DNA of 64,000 bases, taken from NCBI RefSeq assembly GCF_025965125.1, contig NZ_JAOPXM010000187.1; one strand, written 5' to 3'. Under the pieces are notes generated by a model. That model was not told the origin of the DNA. It saw nothing but the letters and a program-made list of their open reading frames with translations, and searched no databases. This document shows positions 35,697-45,400 of the stretch, piece after piece. The translations under genes were made by a program, and so were the position numbers. Source of the DNA: Nocardioides sp. Its GTDB lineage: Bacteria; Actinomycetota; Actinomycetes; Propionibacteriales; Nocardioidaceae. How positions within the stretch are numbered: position 1 is the first letter of the stretch; the number at the start of each line of letters is the position of its first letter.

Positions 35697-36878
35697 ATGA
35701 AGGCAGTGACCTGGCAGGGCCCGAAGGACATCCGGGTGGAGGAGGTGCCGGACCCGAGGATCATCGACCCGACGGACGCGATCATTCGGGTGACGACAAC
35801 GGGGCTGTGCGGCTCCGACCTCCACCTCTACGAACCGCTAGCGCCCTTCATGACGCCCGGGGACATCATCGGCCACGAGCCGATGGGCATCGTCGAAGAG
35901 GTCGGTGGCGAGGTCTCGGACCTGGCCGTGGGCGACCGCGTGGTCGTGCCGTTCAACATCAGCTGCGGCTCCTGCTGGATGTGCGGCCAGGGCCTGCACA
36001 GCCAGTGCGAGACGACCCAGAACCGCGACCAGGGCACGGGCGCCAGCCTGCTCGGCTTCAGCAAGCTCTACGGCTCTGTTCCCGGCGGGCAGGCGGAGCT
36101 CCTGCGCGTGCAGTTCGCTGACTTCCTGCCGGTGAAGGTCCCGGAGGGGCCCCCCGACGACCGGTTCGTGTTCCTCTCCGATGTGCTCCCGACCGCGTGG
36201 CAGGGCGTGCGGTACGCCGATGTCCCGAAGGACGGCACATTGCTCGTGCTCGGGGCCGGGCCGATCGGCGACATGGCCACCCGCATCGCACTGAACGCCG
36301 GGCATCGGGTGATCACCGCCGACTGGGTGCCGGAGCGACTCGCGCGTGTCGGGGCACTCGGCGCCGACACCATCGACATCGATGCCGTCGACGACCTCGC
36401 GGCCGAGGTGCGCGACCGCACCTCGGGTCGCGGCGCGGACTCGGTGATCGATGCCGTCGGCATGGAGGCGCACGGCAACCCGATCGCCGAGAAGCTGATC
36501 AAGACCGTAGGGCTGCTGCCCGACAAGGTGGCCGAGCCGCTGATGAGGAAGGCGGGGTTCGACCGGTTGGCCGCACTGCACTCGGCTCTCGACGCGGTAC
36601 GTCGAGGCGGCACGGTGTCCCTGCTGGGTGTCTACGGCGGAGCCAGGGACCCGATGCCGATGATGCAGATGTTCGACAAGCAGATCCAGCTGCGAATGGG
36701 ACAGGCCAACGTCCGGCGTTGGACCGACGAGATCCTGCCGCTGCTGCTCGATGACGAGGACCCGTTGGGCACGGAGAGCTTCGCGACCCACCGGCTTCCA
36801 CTGTCCGAGGCACCGCACGCCTACGAGATGTTCAAGAACAAGCAGGACGGCGTGATCAAGGTCGTGTTCACGCCCTGA
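35697..36878 (+). CDS. zinc-dependent alcohol dehydrogenase family (formaldehyde-dehydrogenase-like)
   Basis: 'GLCGSDLHLY' and 'GHEPMGIVEEVG' are Zn-ADH signatures, with 'CGSCWMCGQGLHSQC' as the structural Zn cluster and 'VLGAGPIG' as the NAD fold. The start was trimmed to the ATG at 35697. Confidence 0.88.
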   Translation: MKAVTWQGPKDIRVEEVPDPRIIDPTDAIIRVTTTGLCGSDLHLYEPLAPFMTPGDIIGHEPMGIVEEVGGEVSDLAVGDRVVVPFNISCGSCWMCGQGLHSQCETTQNRDQGTGASLLGFSKLYGSVPGGQAELLRVQFADFLPVKVPEGPPDDRFVFLSDVLPTAWQGVRYADVPKDGTLLVLGAGPIGDMATRIALNAGHRVITADWVPERLARVGALGADTIDIDAVDDLAAEVRDRTSGRGADSVIDAVGMEAHGNPIAEKLIKTVGLLPDKVAEPLMRKAGFDRLAALHSALDAVRRGGTVSLLGVYGGARDPMPMMQMFDKQIQLRMGQANVRRWTDEILPLLLDDEDPLGTESFATHRLPLSEAPHAYEMFKNKQDGVIKVVFTP

Positions 36879-36891
36879 GCCGGTCTGTTCG

Positions 36892-38583
36892 CTAGGCAGG
36901 CTTCAGCTCCACGAGCGTGATGGAGCTCTTGGGGTAGGTCAGCGTGAAGCCTCCCGACCCCACGCCGACCGTGCCGAGCTTGTCGATGCCGCTGCCCGCG
37001 TAGCGGTAGGGCTTGGCCGTCCTGGCGTGGGCGAAGTGCGACAGGGTCAGTCTGCTGCGCAGGTCGCCACCGGTCTTGTTGACGACGACGATCGTCATCG
37101 GACCGGACGTGCCACGCCGCGCGGCGTACACCGCCAGCTTGCCTTGCGCGGAGCTCGTTGCGGAAACGCCGCGGTCGCCGAAGCCATGGTGCTTGCCGTC
37201 GTAGTTGCGGAAGATCTTGAACGCGGCCTCGGGGACCGGTGAGCTCTCCTGCGACCAGAACGTGGCGAGGTCCAGGCCCTCTCGGCCGAAGATGCCGAGG
37301 GTGTCCGCCTGGATGACGTTCTGCAGGCGTTTGTTCGAGGTGACGTCGAGGCCCATGTTGTACTCGGTCACGGCCAGCTTGGTCCCGGGGTAGTTGGCAC
37401 CGACCCAGTCACGCATGCGCGGCAAGAGGTAGATCTTCTGGTCGATCCAGGACGGGTCCCTGTAGGTCCGGTCCCACAGCGGTCGGGTGACGTCGGTGAC
37501 CGGGCTGTACCCGCTCCCTCCCCCTGGCGCCTGGGGGTAGTAGTGCAGGTCGAAGTAGTCCAGGAGCCGCACCCCGGTCTGCTGCTGGTGCTGCGCGAAC
37601 TGCTGGAGGTACCACGCCGAGATGTCGAGTCCGCCATGTGCCGCCCGGTCGGGCGACTCGGGGAAACAGCCGTTGTCGGGCACGTCGGCGGTCGAGCAGA
37701 AGTAGTTGGGCCAGCCCCACTCGGCCGGTCCGAGGACCTGGGCCGTGGGGTCGACGTCCTTCACGGCCTGGGCCAGGGCACTCGACTTCGCCCAGAGCTC
37801 GTCGAAGCTGAGCGGGTTCGGGTGGAAGTCGTGGTGCGTCTCGTTCCAGAGCCCCGGCTCGTTGCCGAGCTCGTAGATCTGTACGCCGCCCTGGCTCGCC
37901 GTCCCGTAGCGCCCGACGAGGTCGTTGATCCAGGCCGCCGAGAACGCGGGCCCGACCGGCTTGCCGGCCAGGTTCGGGTCGGCAACGGGGTTGCTGATCC
38001 ACTGTCCGTTTCGTCGCCCGTTGCCGCACACGGGGTGGAAGGTGTCGTGGTCGTCCTGCGGGTCGAAGACGTTCGCGGGGTAGCTGCACAGCTGGTCCTG
38101 GTCGTAGGTCACCGACTTCGCGACCCAACCCAGCGCCGGCAGGTTCAGCAGTGTCTTCGCCCCGACCCTGCGGTCCTTCTCGATGAGGGCCAGCGCTCCG
38201 CTGTAGCTGTGCCCGGTCGTGCAGTAGTCGAACGCAGGGATCCAGCAGTCGGGGAAGTTCTGGAAGTAGTAGTTGATGCCCTCGTTGCCGCCGTTGATCT
38301 GCCAGTTGTAGCTCTCGGTCGAGTCGCCGCCCCAGCGGTCGACGGGCAGGTTGATCGAGTTCGCGAGTGCCTCGTCCGCGAAGTTGATCCCGTAGATGTC
38401 GTTGGAGATCCGGTGTCGCCCGGCGGCGGCGTCGACCCTGAGGGTGACGCTCGGGGCCCTTACGGCGCCGCGATCGACCGCCACCGGCACCGGCGCATCG
38501 ACCGGCATGGCGTCCGCGCGGGAGACGAACGGGAGCCACGCTGCCGCCACGCCCAGGGACACGAGCCCCACCCAACGTCTCAC
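36892..38583 (-). CDS. secreted glycoside hydrolase, family 44-like (endoglucanase/xyloglucanase-like)
   Basis: Signal peptide. 'VDRWGGDSTESYNWQ', 'YELGNEPGLWNETHHDFHP' and 'LAVTEYNMG' resemble conserved GH44 blocks, including the two catalytic Glu positions (recollection). Confidence 0.7.
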   Translation of the reverse strand: MRRWVGLVSLGVAAAWLPFVSRADAMPVDAPVPVAVDRGAVRAPSVTLRVDAAAGRHRISNDIYGINFADEALANSINLPVDRWGGDSTESYNWQINGGNEGINYYFQNFPDCWIPAFDYCTTGHSYSGALALIEKDRRVGAKTLLNLPALGWVAKSVTYDQDQLCSYPANVFDPQDDHDTFHPVCGNGRRNGQWISNPVADPNLAGKPVGPAFSAAWINDLVGRYGTASQGGVQIYELGNEPGLWNETHHDFHPNPLSFDELWAKSSALAQAVKDVDPTAQVLGPAEWGWPNYFCSTADVPDNGCFPESPDRAAHGGLDISAWYLQQFAQHQQQTGVRLLDYFDLHYYPQAPGGGSGYSPVTDVTRPLWDRTYRDPSWIDQKIYLLPRMRDWVGANYPGTKLAVTEYNMGLDVTSNKRLQNVIQADTLGIFGREGLDLATFWSQESSPVPEAAFKIFRNYDGKHHGFGDRGVSATSSAQGKLAVYAARRGTSGPMTIVVVNKTGGDLRSRLTLSHFAHARTAKPYRYAGSGIDKLGTVGVGSGGFTLTYPKSSITLVELKPA

Positions 38584-38773
38584 TGGTCAGCCTCTCGAGC
38601 CGTTCCCCGCTGCGGATGTTTCCACCTCGACACCCGTGGTCGCATGCCCCAGACGGGCCAGGCGCGCATGGCCCGGACGTGTCTTGCCGTTCGGGTCCGC
38701 GACGGTCGAACGGTCGAGCAACCTGGTGCGGCGTACTCATCTGCCGCTGTCGGGGGCGTGGTGCCATGACTGC

Positions 38774-39445
38774 ATGTCCTCGCCTGTTCCTCCTCGTCCG
38801 CCCGAAGTCGGGCCTGCTGCGCTCGGACTCTTCGCGGGGAGCCTCGTGCTGCTGTGCGCCGGCAACCTCATCCGGTTCGACGAGGGCTCCGGCCTCGGCA
38901 GCCTCGTGGCGGTCCTGGTGCTCGGCTGCCTGGCCGCTCTGGCGGCGGTGGCGAGTGTGGTGGTCGCCTGGCCCGACCCGACCGTGCGACGCCGGCTCGG
39001 GATCGCGATGCTCGCGCTGGACGTGTTCCTGGTCTGGGCATCACACGTGCACGCCGTGCGTCGGCTCGTCCGGGCGGCGGACATCGAGGGCTACCCGTTC
39101 GTCCTCCAGGTCGTGCTCGGGATCACCGCGCTCGTGCTCATGACGCGCCCCGCCGGCGCCCACTCGGGTTCCGAGGGTGTCAGGACGAGGCCCATCATGA
39201 CCGGGCCGGCCCGCGCTCTCGCCTACCTCGCGGCGTCGCTGTTCGTCGTTCTTCGAGCGTTCTTCCTGGGGGACACGTTCTACGGGGCCACGGAGTGCAG
39301 CGGTCCCGACTTCACTGGCGAGTGCGACCTGGGAGGCCTGGCAGGCATGGTCTGCGCCGCGGCAGCGATCCCGGTCATGGTCGTTGTCGTGATCGTCCTG
39401 GAGGTGCTCGTACGCAGGAGGAGCCGGGTTCTCTCGCGACGGTGA
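38774..39445 (+). CDS. integral membrane protein (about 6 TM), unknown function
   Basis: The start was trimmed to the ATG at 38774. There are repeated hydrophobic segments. The upstream part of the ORF-track version is antisense to the GH44 gene. Confidence 0.55.
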   Translation: MSSPVPPRPPEVGPAALGLFAGSLVLLCAGNLIRFDEGSGLGSLVAVLVLGCLAALAAVASVVVAWPDPTVRRRLGIAMLALDVFLVWASHVHAVRRLVRAADIEGYPFVLQVVLGITALVLMTRPAGAHSGSEGVRTRPIMTGPARALAYLAASLFVVLRAFFLGDTFYGATECSGPDFTGECDLGGLAGMVCAAAAIPVMVVVVIVLEVLVRRRSRVLSRR

Positions 39446-39891
39446 CCCTCGAGTTCAGGACCCTCCGGGGGTTGACGGGAGTGGCCTCGGACCGGGACGG
39501 TGCCCGGGTGAAACGCGCCCCCCACGAGAACGTGGCGACCGTACTCGTCGACCCGGTGGTGCTGCGCGAGCTCGAGATGGACCTCATGGTCCTCGACCTC
39601 CGTCTCTGGCCGGTGGCCACCGCGCCGATCTGCGAGGACGGTCCTCGGGCCGCCTTCCAGATCCGCCGGCGGATGCTGGTGTCGCGCCGAGGAGCCTGGG
39701 ACGAAGCGGCCGAGTGGGTGCCGGTGTGGATCGCCTTCGGCGAGAGCTGGTACGTCGGCGACGAGCCGCTGCCCTGGTCGGCACACCAGACTCTCTGGCA
39801 GACGCTGGGTCGGTACGCCGACCATGTCCGCTATCGGCTGGGGCTGGGCGGCGTACCCCATCTCGACGTGCCGCGCGAGCGCACCGCCTGA
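39442..39891 (+). CDS. hypothetical protein (149 aa)
   Basis: The GTG overlaps the stop of the preceding membrane-protein gene (GTGA). Composition is moderately coding-like. No recognised domain. Confidence 0.35.
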   Translation: MTLEFRTLRGLTGVASDRDGARVKRAPHENVATVLVDPVVLRELEMDLMVLDLRLWPVATAPICEDGPRAAFQIRRRMLVSRRGAWDEAAEWVPVWIAFGESWYVGDEPLPWSAHQTLWQTLGRYADHVRYRLGLGGVPHLDVPRERTA

Positions 39892-40139
39892 CTGCTCGCT
39901 GGTCGGGTCAGGCCGACCGGGGCTGCTGGAAGCTCTCGACCACGAGCTCGCAGCGCACGGGGATGCCCCGGCATAGCCGAACGGGTGAACAAGTGGCCGA
40001 ACGCCCCACACATCGCGAAAAAGCATGCGACTGTCAGGTTGTCGCGTCCGATCCTCGATCGCGCGATGGGAGGGTCTCGGGTTTGCGCGTCATCCGTCAC
40101 CGCCGAGTTCTGACGTGCATTCATCACAGGGGAAATCAC

Positions 40140-42191
40140 TTGTTCACAATCCGTAAGGGCCGCGTCGGCATGCTCGCCGCCGGGTCAATGATCATCGCTG
40201 GCGTTGGCGCCACGGGTGCGGTCGCCGCCGGCGATCCCGACACCGACAACGTCATCGCCGACAACGCCGCTTGGTACGAGCAGGCCTACGAGAACTTCGA
40301 CACCGGCGGCTACCTCGACCCCGAGCAGGGCGACGTCGCGGGTCCGCAGCGCGCGCCGTTCGGCACTGGCAGCCACCAGATCAACATCGGTCAGTCATCG
40401 GCCCAGACCGAGCTCTACCGCACCGATGCGTACGACGGTCTCGCGTTGTCCGACCTCACGCGCCTCGAGTACTCGACGCTGGCCCGCTCGACCGTGGGCG
40501 GCGCCGATCGGCAGCCGGCGTACCTGCGCCTCAGCGTGGACACCGTGGACGACGGCACGGACAGCATCGACGCCAGCCTGTTCTTCTTCCCGGCCAACAA
40601 CGGGGCCATCGCGAACGGCGTGTGGCAGAACTGGGACGTCACCAACGGCGCCATCGACGTGAACGGCGACGGCGGTGGCACGACGACCCTCGCGGCGTAC
40701 GCGGCCGCCCACCCCGACGCCAAGCTCGTGAACGTGCCGTTCGACGCGGAGCACGACGCCGGAGCGGTCTCGCTGATCGTCGGCGGATCGCTCGGTGGCG
40801 CAAACGACCCGCAGACCCGTGGCGAGTACTTCGTGGACCGCGTCATCGTGGGCGAGTCCGACGCGGACACCCTGTACGACCTGGGCAGCGATGCCGAGAC
40901 CAGCGGTGGCACCACCAACCTGACCGTCGACGCAGACCACCTGCACGGCTGGGCCCACCAGGCCTACGACGACGTGAACTACCTGTCGTCGAACCAGACG
41001 TTCGTCAACGGCCCCGCCGGCGCGCCGCTCGGCGCGGGCAGCCTGCGGTTCGCCCTGAGCAACGAGACCAACCCCGCCCGGGTTGAGCTGTTCCGCACCA
41101 CCAACTACGACGGCACCCTGCTCCGTGACCTGCGGACGATGGACTTCTCCACGTTCCAGCGAGCCAACGCGGGCAATGCAACCCCGCAGCAGCCGGCGTA
41201 CGCGCGGCTCTCCGTCGACAACGACGGGGACGGCGCCACCGACGACTCGTTGTTCTACTACCCGGGGAACAACGGCGTCGTGCAGCAGAGCACGTGGCAG
41301 AGCTGGCACGCCGCCGACGGCGTCTGGGGCGTCAACGGCGACCCGGGCCCGCTCGACAGCATCACCCTTGCCCAGTACGTCGTCGCCCACCCGGACGCCA
41401 CGATCGTGGAGAACGCGGACGTCGGCGCAGGCCAGCCCACCGGCGGCGTCGCGTTCCTCGTCGGCGGTGGCAACACGGCCACCCAGCTCAACGGTGAGTA
41501 CTTCGTCGACGCCATCAAGATCGGCAAGGTCGATGCGGCCAGTGGCAGCGTGAACTCGGCCGAGCTGTTCGACCTCGAACCGGCCGCTCCGTCGGTGTCG
41601 ATCGGTGACGCCGCGGTTTCCGAGGGCAACCACGGCGCGACTCTGACCTTCCCGGTGACCCTGAGTGGCCCAGCGGGTGCGGACGTCGCCGTGGACTACG
41701 CCACGTCGGACGACACCGCGGTCGCCGGTGAGGACTACGAGGCGACCTCCGGCACCTTGACCATCGAGGCAGGCGACACCACGGGTCAGATCAATGTCCC
41801 GGTCCTTTCGGACAAGGTCCGCGAGGGCAACGAGAAGCTGACCGTGACGTTGAGCTCGCCCGGCTACGGGACGCTGAACGACTCCACGGCCACCGGCACG
41901 ATCCTCAACGACGACACCCGTGTCGGCCTTGCGCTGCGCAACGCCCGGGGCGACCACGTCGGCTTCCGGGTCAACACCCTGCCGGATGCTCCCGGTGACG
42001 GGGTGAAGGTGTTCCAGACGAAGGCCTCGGGACGCACGTTGATGTTCCAGGGAAGCCTGAACGGCCTCGGCCGACTCAACCGGGTCATGGAGCACGAGTT
42101 CAAGCCGGGCACCAGGCAGACGTTCGTCGCTGTCGTGCGGACCGAGAACGGTTCGTACAGGTCGAAGTCGGTGCACATCACCGTCCGCTGA
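40140..42191 (+). CDS. secreted protein with two tandem copies of an unknown ~230-aa domain, one Calx-beta domain and a C-terminal beta domain
   Basis: Signal-like N-terminus (FTIRKGRVGMLAAGSMIIAGVGATGAVAAG). Internal duplication (ELYRTDAYDG...QPAYLRLSVD... versus ELFRTTNYDG...QPAYARLSVD...). Calx-beta signature 'VSEGNHGATLTFPVTLS...VDYATSDDTAVAGEDYEATSGTLTIEAGDTTGQINVPV'. Start is the TTG at 40140 or the ATG at 40170. Confidence 0.75.
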   Translation: MFTIRKGRVGMLAAGSMIIAGVGATGAVAAGDPDTDNVIADNAAWYEQAYENFDTGGYLDPEQGDVAGPQRAPFGTGSHQINIGQSSAQTELYRTDAYDGLALSDLTRLEYSTLARSTVGGADRQPAYLRLSVDTVDDGTDSIDASLFFFPANNGAIANGVWQNWDVTNGAIDVNGDGGGTTTLAAYAAAHPDAKLVNVPFDAEHDAGAVSLIVGGSLGGANDPQTRGEYFVDRVIVGESDADTLYDLGSDAETSGGTTNLTVDADHLHGWAHQAYDDVNYLSSNQTFVNGPAGAPLGAGSLRFALSNETNPARVELFRTTNYDGTLLRDLRTMDFSTFQRANAGNATPQQPAYARLSVDNDGDGATDDSLFYYPGNNGVVQQSTWQSWHAADGVWGVNGDPGPLDSITLAQYVVAHPDATIVENADVGAGQPTGGVAFLVGGGNTATQLNGEYFVDAIKIGKVDAASGSVNSAELFDLEPAAPSVSIGDAAVSEGNHGATLTFPVTLSGPAGADVAVDYATSDDTAVAGEDYEATSGTLTIEAGDTTGQINVPVLSDKVREGNEKLTVTLSSPGYGTLNDSTATGTILNDDTRVGLALRNARGDHVGFRVNTLPDAPGDGVKVFQTKASGRTLMFQGSLNGLGRLNRVMEHEFKPGTRQTFVAVVRTENGSYRSKSVHITVR

Positions 42192-42211
42192 CCTCAGCAC
42201 CTGCAGAACAA

Positions 42212-42243
42212 GAACGCCCCCACCGAAACCGGTGGGGGCGTTC
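42212..42243 (+). terminator. perfect 14-bp stem / 4-nt loop hairpin after the Calx-beta gene
   Basis: GAACGCCCCCACCG-AAAC-CGGTGGGGGCGTTC, 20 nt after the stop. No U-tract. Confidence 0.6.
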
Positions 42244-42449
42244 CTGCATGTCCGAGCGCTGTCCCCGCTCGGAGTGTCGGGTTGAGGTGCGGCCGAGACC
42301 GCGGCTGACGCGACGGAACGGGGCCTTCCGGGTCGACGTGTCAATAGTCTAGACGGGTCTTGCGAACGGCTACTCCCAGGTAAAGAGTGCGGAATCTCGG
42401 CTCGCCGGCTGGCGAAGCATCTCGACTTGCATGGGGCAGGTGCGTTTCG

Positions 42450-45400
42450 ATGCGCATGAAGAATCTCGTTGTTGTCGTCGCCGTGTTGAGCACTGGAATC
42501 GCGGCCTTCCTCAGTCCGGCGGCCGCGTTCGCCGTACCGGCCCCCGAACAGCACGGCGCCCTGTCGTCCTGCGCCAGCGCGCCGGACAAGCCTGATGCGA
42601 CCCCGGAGAATCGCGACCGCTTCGTCGACCTGTGGTCGCCTCGGGTCGCGGACCACGCCTGGCTCCAGCAGTACGCCAACCGCGACTCCGTGCCTGCCGA
42701 CATCCGGGCCGAGGGCTTCCACGCGATGGATGCCGACACCCAGGTCTGGCTGCTGTCCTGCCTGCTCGACGACATGCTGGCCGTCGCGGGCGAGACGCCG
42801 GGCGTGGCGAAGCTCAACGCATACCTCACCGGTCTCAACATGATCATCTTCGGCAAGAAGCAGATCGCGGAGCTGCGCGACCAGCTCACGGAGATGCCTC
42901 CCCCGGAGGATGCCAACCAGCTGCCCGTGCACCAGGACATGACGAGTGCAGCCCTCGACAACATGACCCAGGACCTCGTCGACGAACCCAGCCTGACCTC
43001 CGACGACCAGCCCGAGTCGGACGCCACGGCGCCCAGTACGACGACCACGGACAGTTCCGAAGCATCGACCTCGCAAGAGCTGGAGACGCTGTCCGGCGCG
43101 CCGGCGATCGTCCCGGCGAGCTCGGAGCCGGTCGCCCCGCGGGCCCTGGGTCCGAAGCCGACCGCCTTCAACCCGCAAAGCCTGCTGGCCATCCAACCGA
43201 TCCAGATCCTGCTCAACGCCATCAACAGCCTGCTGCAGCTGATCAGCCAGATCCAGGGCCAGCTGTTCACGCTGCCCGGCCTGAACATCCTTGCCTCGGC
43301 CTTCTACAAGATCTGCGCCGAGTCGCCGACGATGCCGCTGAAGTGCAGCATCTCGCTGCCCGTCGGCGTCCCGATCCCGGCCGACGTGAACGGCGACAAC
43401 TTCCCTGACGTCACCGGCTGGCTGTCGCCGCTGATCGGTGGGGGCGCGGTCGGGGCCAAGTTCATGGTGACCCGGCTCTCCCCGGGTCAGGGGAAGCTCA
43501 AGGCGCACGTCTTCGCCGTCTACGACCCCCCGGCGGTCAAGAAGCGGATCCAGTTCGGCTTCGACGGGCGTGCGGACACGCTTGCCAACCGGACGGCCGC
43601 GACGTTCAAGCTGCACAACGTCCTGGCAGCTCTGCAGGGTGACGTGCACGTCACCGCCGACGTGCAGAGCTACACGCCCGGCACGGCCCAGTCACTGACG
43701 TTCGCCATCAAGTCACTGGTCGGTGGGTCCGCAGGCGTGCTTCCGTCCGAAGAGGATCCGATGGTGGGGTCCGTGCAGATGAGCCCGGTGCCGGACTCGC
43801 TCACGGTGGACGCCCGCCTCATCCACACGGCCGCCCGTGACCAGGACATCTTCACGGTGGGCTCCTCGACGCCGACCAAGGTGAACGCGCTCATCGACCA
43901 GAAGAGCACGACGACGACGCCGAAGAGTGACCGTGTGTTCACGGCTGAGGTCGACAAGCTGCCCACCTCGGTGACCGTGGACCTGGTCCGCAACGGCGAG
44001 ACGCAGACCATCGACTACACGGGTAGTGCTCCGATCGACCACGTGCGGGCAACCGACACCGCGACCCCGGACGTCAACCACCTGGGCTCGTTCACGGAGA
44101 GCATCTACGACGTCCACGGCGTGCCGACGAACGTCCACGTCAACCTCAAGGGTGCGCAGGACATCACGTACACGGCCTCGGCCAAGATCCCGGAGGTCTC
44201 GTTCTCCACCAGGACCCTGGTCGACAACGTGCTCCAGCAGCAGATCACTGCGAAGGCGCATCAGATCCCGAAGGCGGTCCACGTCACCAACCTGACGACC
44301 CCGGACCAGCAGGCGATCACCTACGACGCCGACAGCGAGCTGCAGGACGTCGAGCTCTCGATGTTCGACCTGAGCGAAGCCGGCGACAAGACCAACCTCG
44401 TCGCCAAGGCCACCGGCATCCCGACGCACCTGGCGTTCACGCAGACCAAGAGCACTGGTGTGTACGACCTCTCTGCCCCGGGCGGCATCGACCTGATCGA
44501 GGCGGCACTGACCCGCAACGACGGCACTCTGCTGCCGCTGCCGGGTGACCACGCGACCGTCCACAAGGTCGGGAACACGCTGGGCCTCGACTTCCGGCTG
44601 ACCGGGTTCGAGTCCGCACACTTCGACGGGTCGGAGAACACGACTGTCGAGCTCGGCCTGAACCCGGGTGGTCAGTCGTTCGACGCCATCGCCGACCTGG
44701 ACGACCCGAACGTGCTGGCCACGGCCCACGTGTCCCAGCTCCCGACGCACATGGCGGTGACGCTGAGCCCGACGGACGGGACAGCCGACTACGCGGCCAC
44801 GAGCGTGATCCCGCTCCTGGAAGCGGCGTTCACCCTGCGCGACACGGACACGTTCGCCACGGTCAAGCTCACCGACCTGCCGAAGAACATCGGGCTGACG
44901 TTCAACACGTCCGGCCCGGTGCCGGCGGTCACCTACGACGCCGACTCGCGCCTCGGGTCCATCGAAGCCACCTATCAGGAGGAGCCGGGTGGACTCGCGA
45001 TCCACGGTCTGATCAGCGACCTGCCGCAGCACATGACCATCGGCGGCATCGATCCGATGGTGTTCGACGCGCGCACTTCGGCGAGCGATCCCGCGGGATC
45101 GTCGTACCTGGGGCAGGTGCTCTTCCAGTACGCCGAGGACGGCGTCTTCGCCAGCCCGCCCACGAGCGACGATCACATCTACCTCGACACGCTGAGCGAC
45201 ACGCACGCCGAGCTCCAGTACACAGGTCTGAAGCTGCTGAGCGTCGACACGAGCGACCAGGAGCTCCACGCCGAGATCCGGAACACGTCGCCGCGCCTGC
45301 TGCGGGCGTACCTCACGACGCCGAACCTGACGCTGACGGGCTTCATCGACAAGGTGCCCGCCCAGATCAACATCGACCAGGTCGACAACCTCGTGTCGTA

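Noticed and set aside
35091-36878. ORF-track entries with long N-terminal extensions. Examples are 35091-36878, 57943-60687, 9259-10440, 9942-10886, 28677-29972, 5864-6862, 31653-33233, 38396-39445, 39714-42191 and 47591-48910.
   Set aside because: The extensions are Arg/Pro-rich, overlap neighbouring genes or tRNAs, and precede internal starts. Those internal starts coincide with the conserved N-termini of the families, with SD sites, or with TANNNT-N6 geometry. Starts were trimmed accordingly.
40395-43649. A 1,084-aa ORF antisense to the Calx-beta and giant-protein genes, plus similar long antisense or out-of-frame ORFs. Examples are 361-1809(-), 11337-13037(+), 13319-15088(-), 16270-18600(-), 24394-25821(-), 26002-27282(-), 27254-28567(-), 43713-46133(-), 46227-47516(-) and 59092-60501(-).
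   Set aside because: Their translations are Arg/Gly/Pro/Ala/Asp-rich low-information strings typical of stop-poor alternative frames in about 70% GC DNA. Each is fully shadowed by an opposite- or other-frame gene with clear family motifs. None shows a motif of its own.
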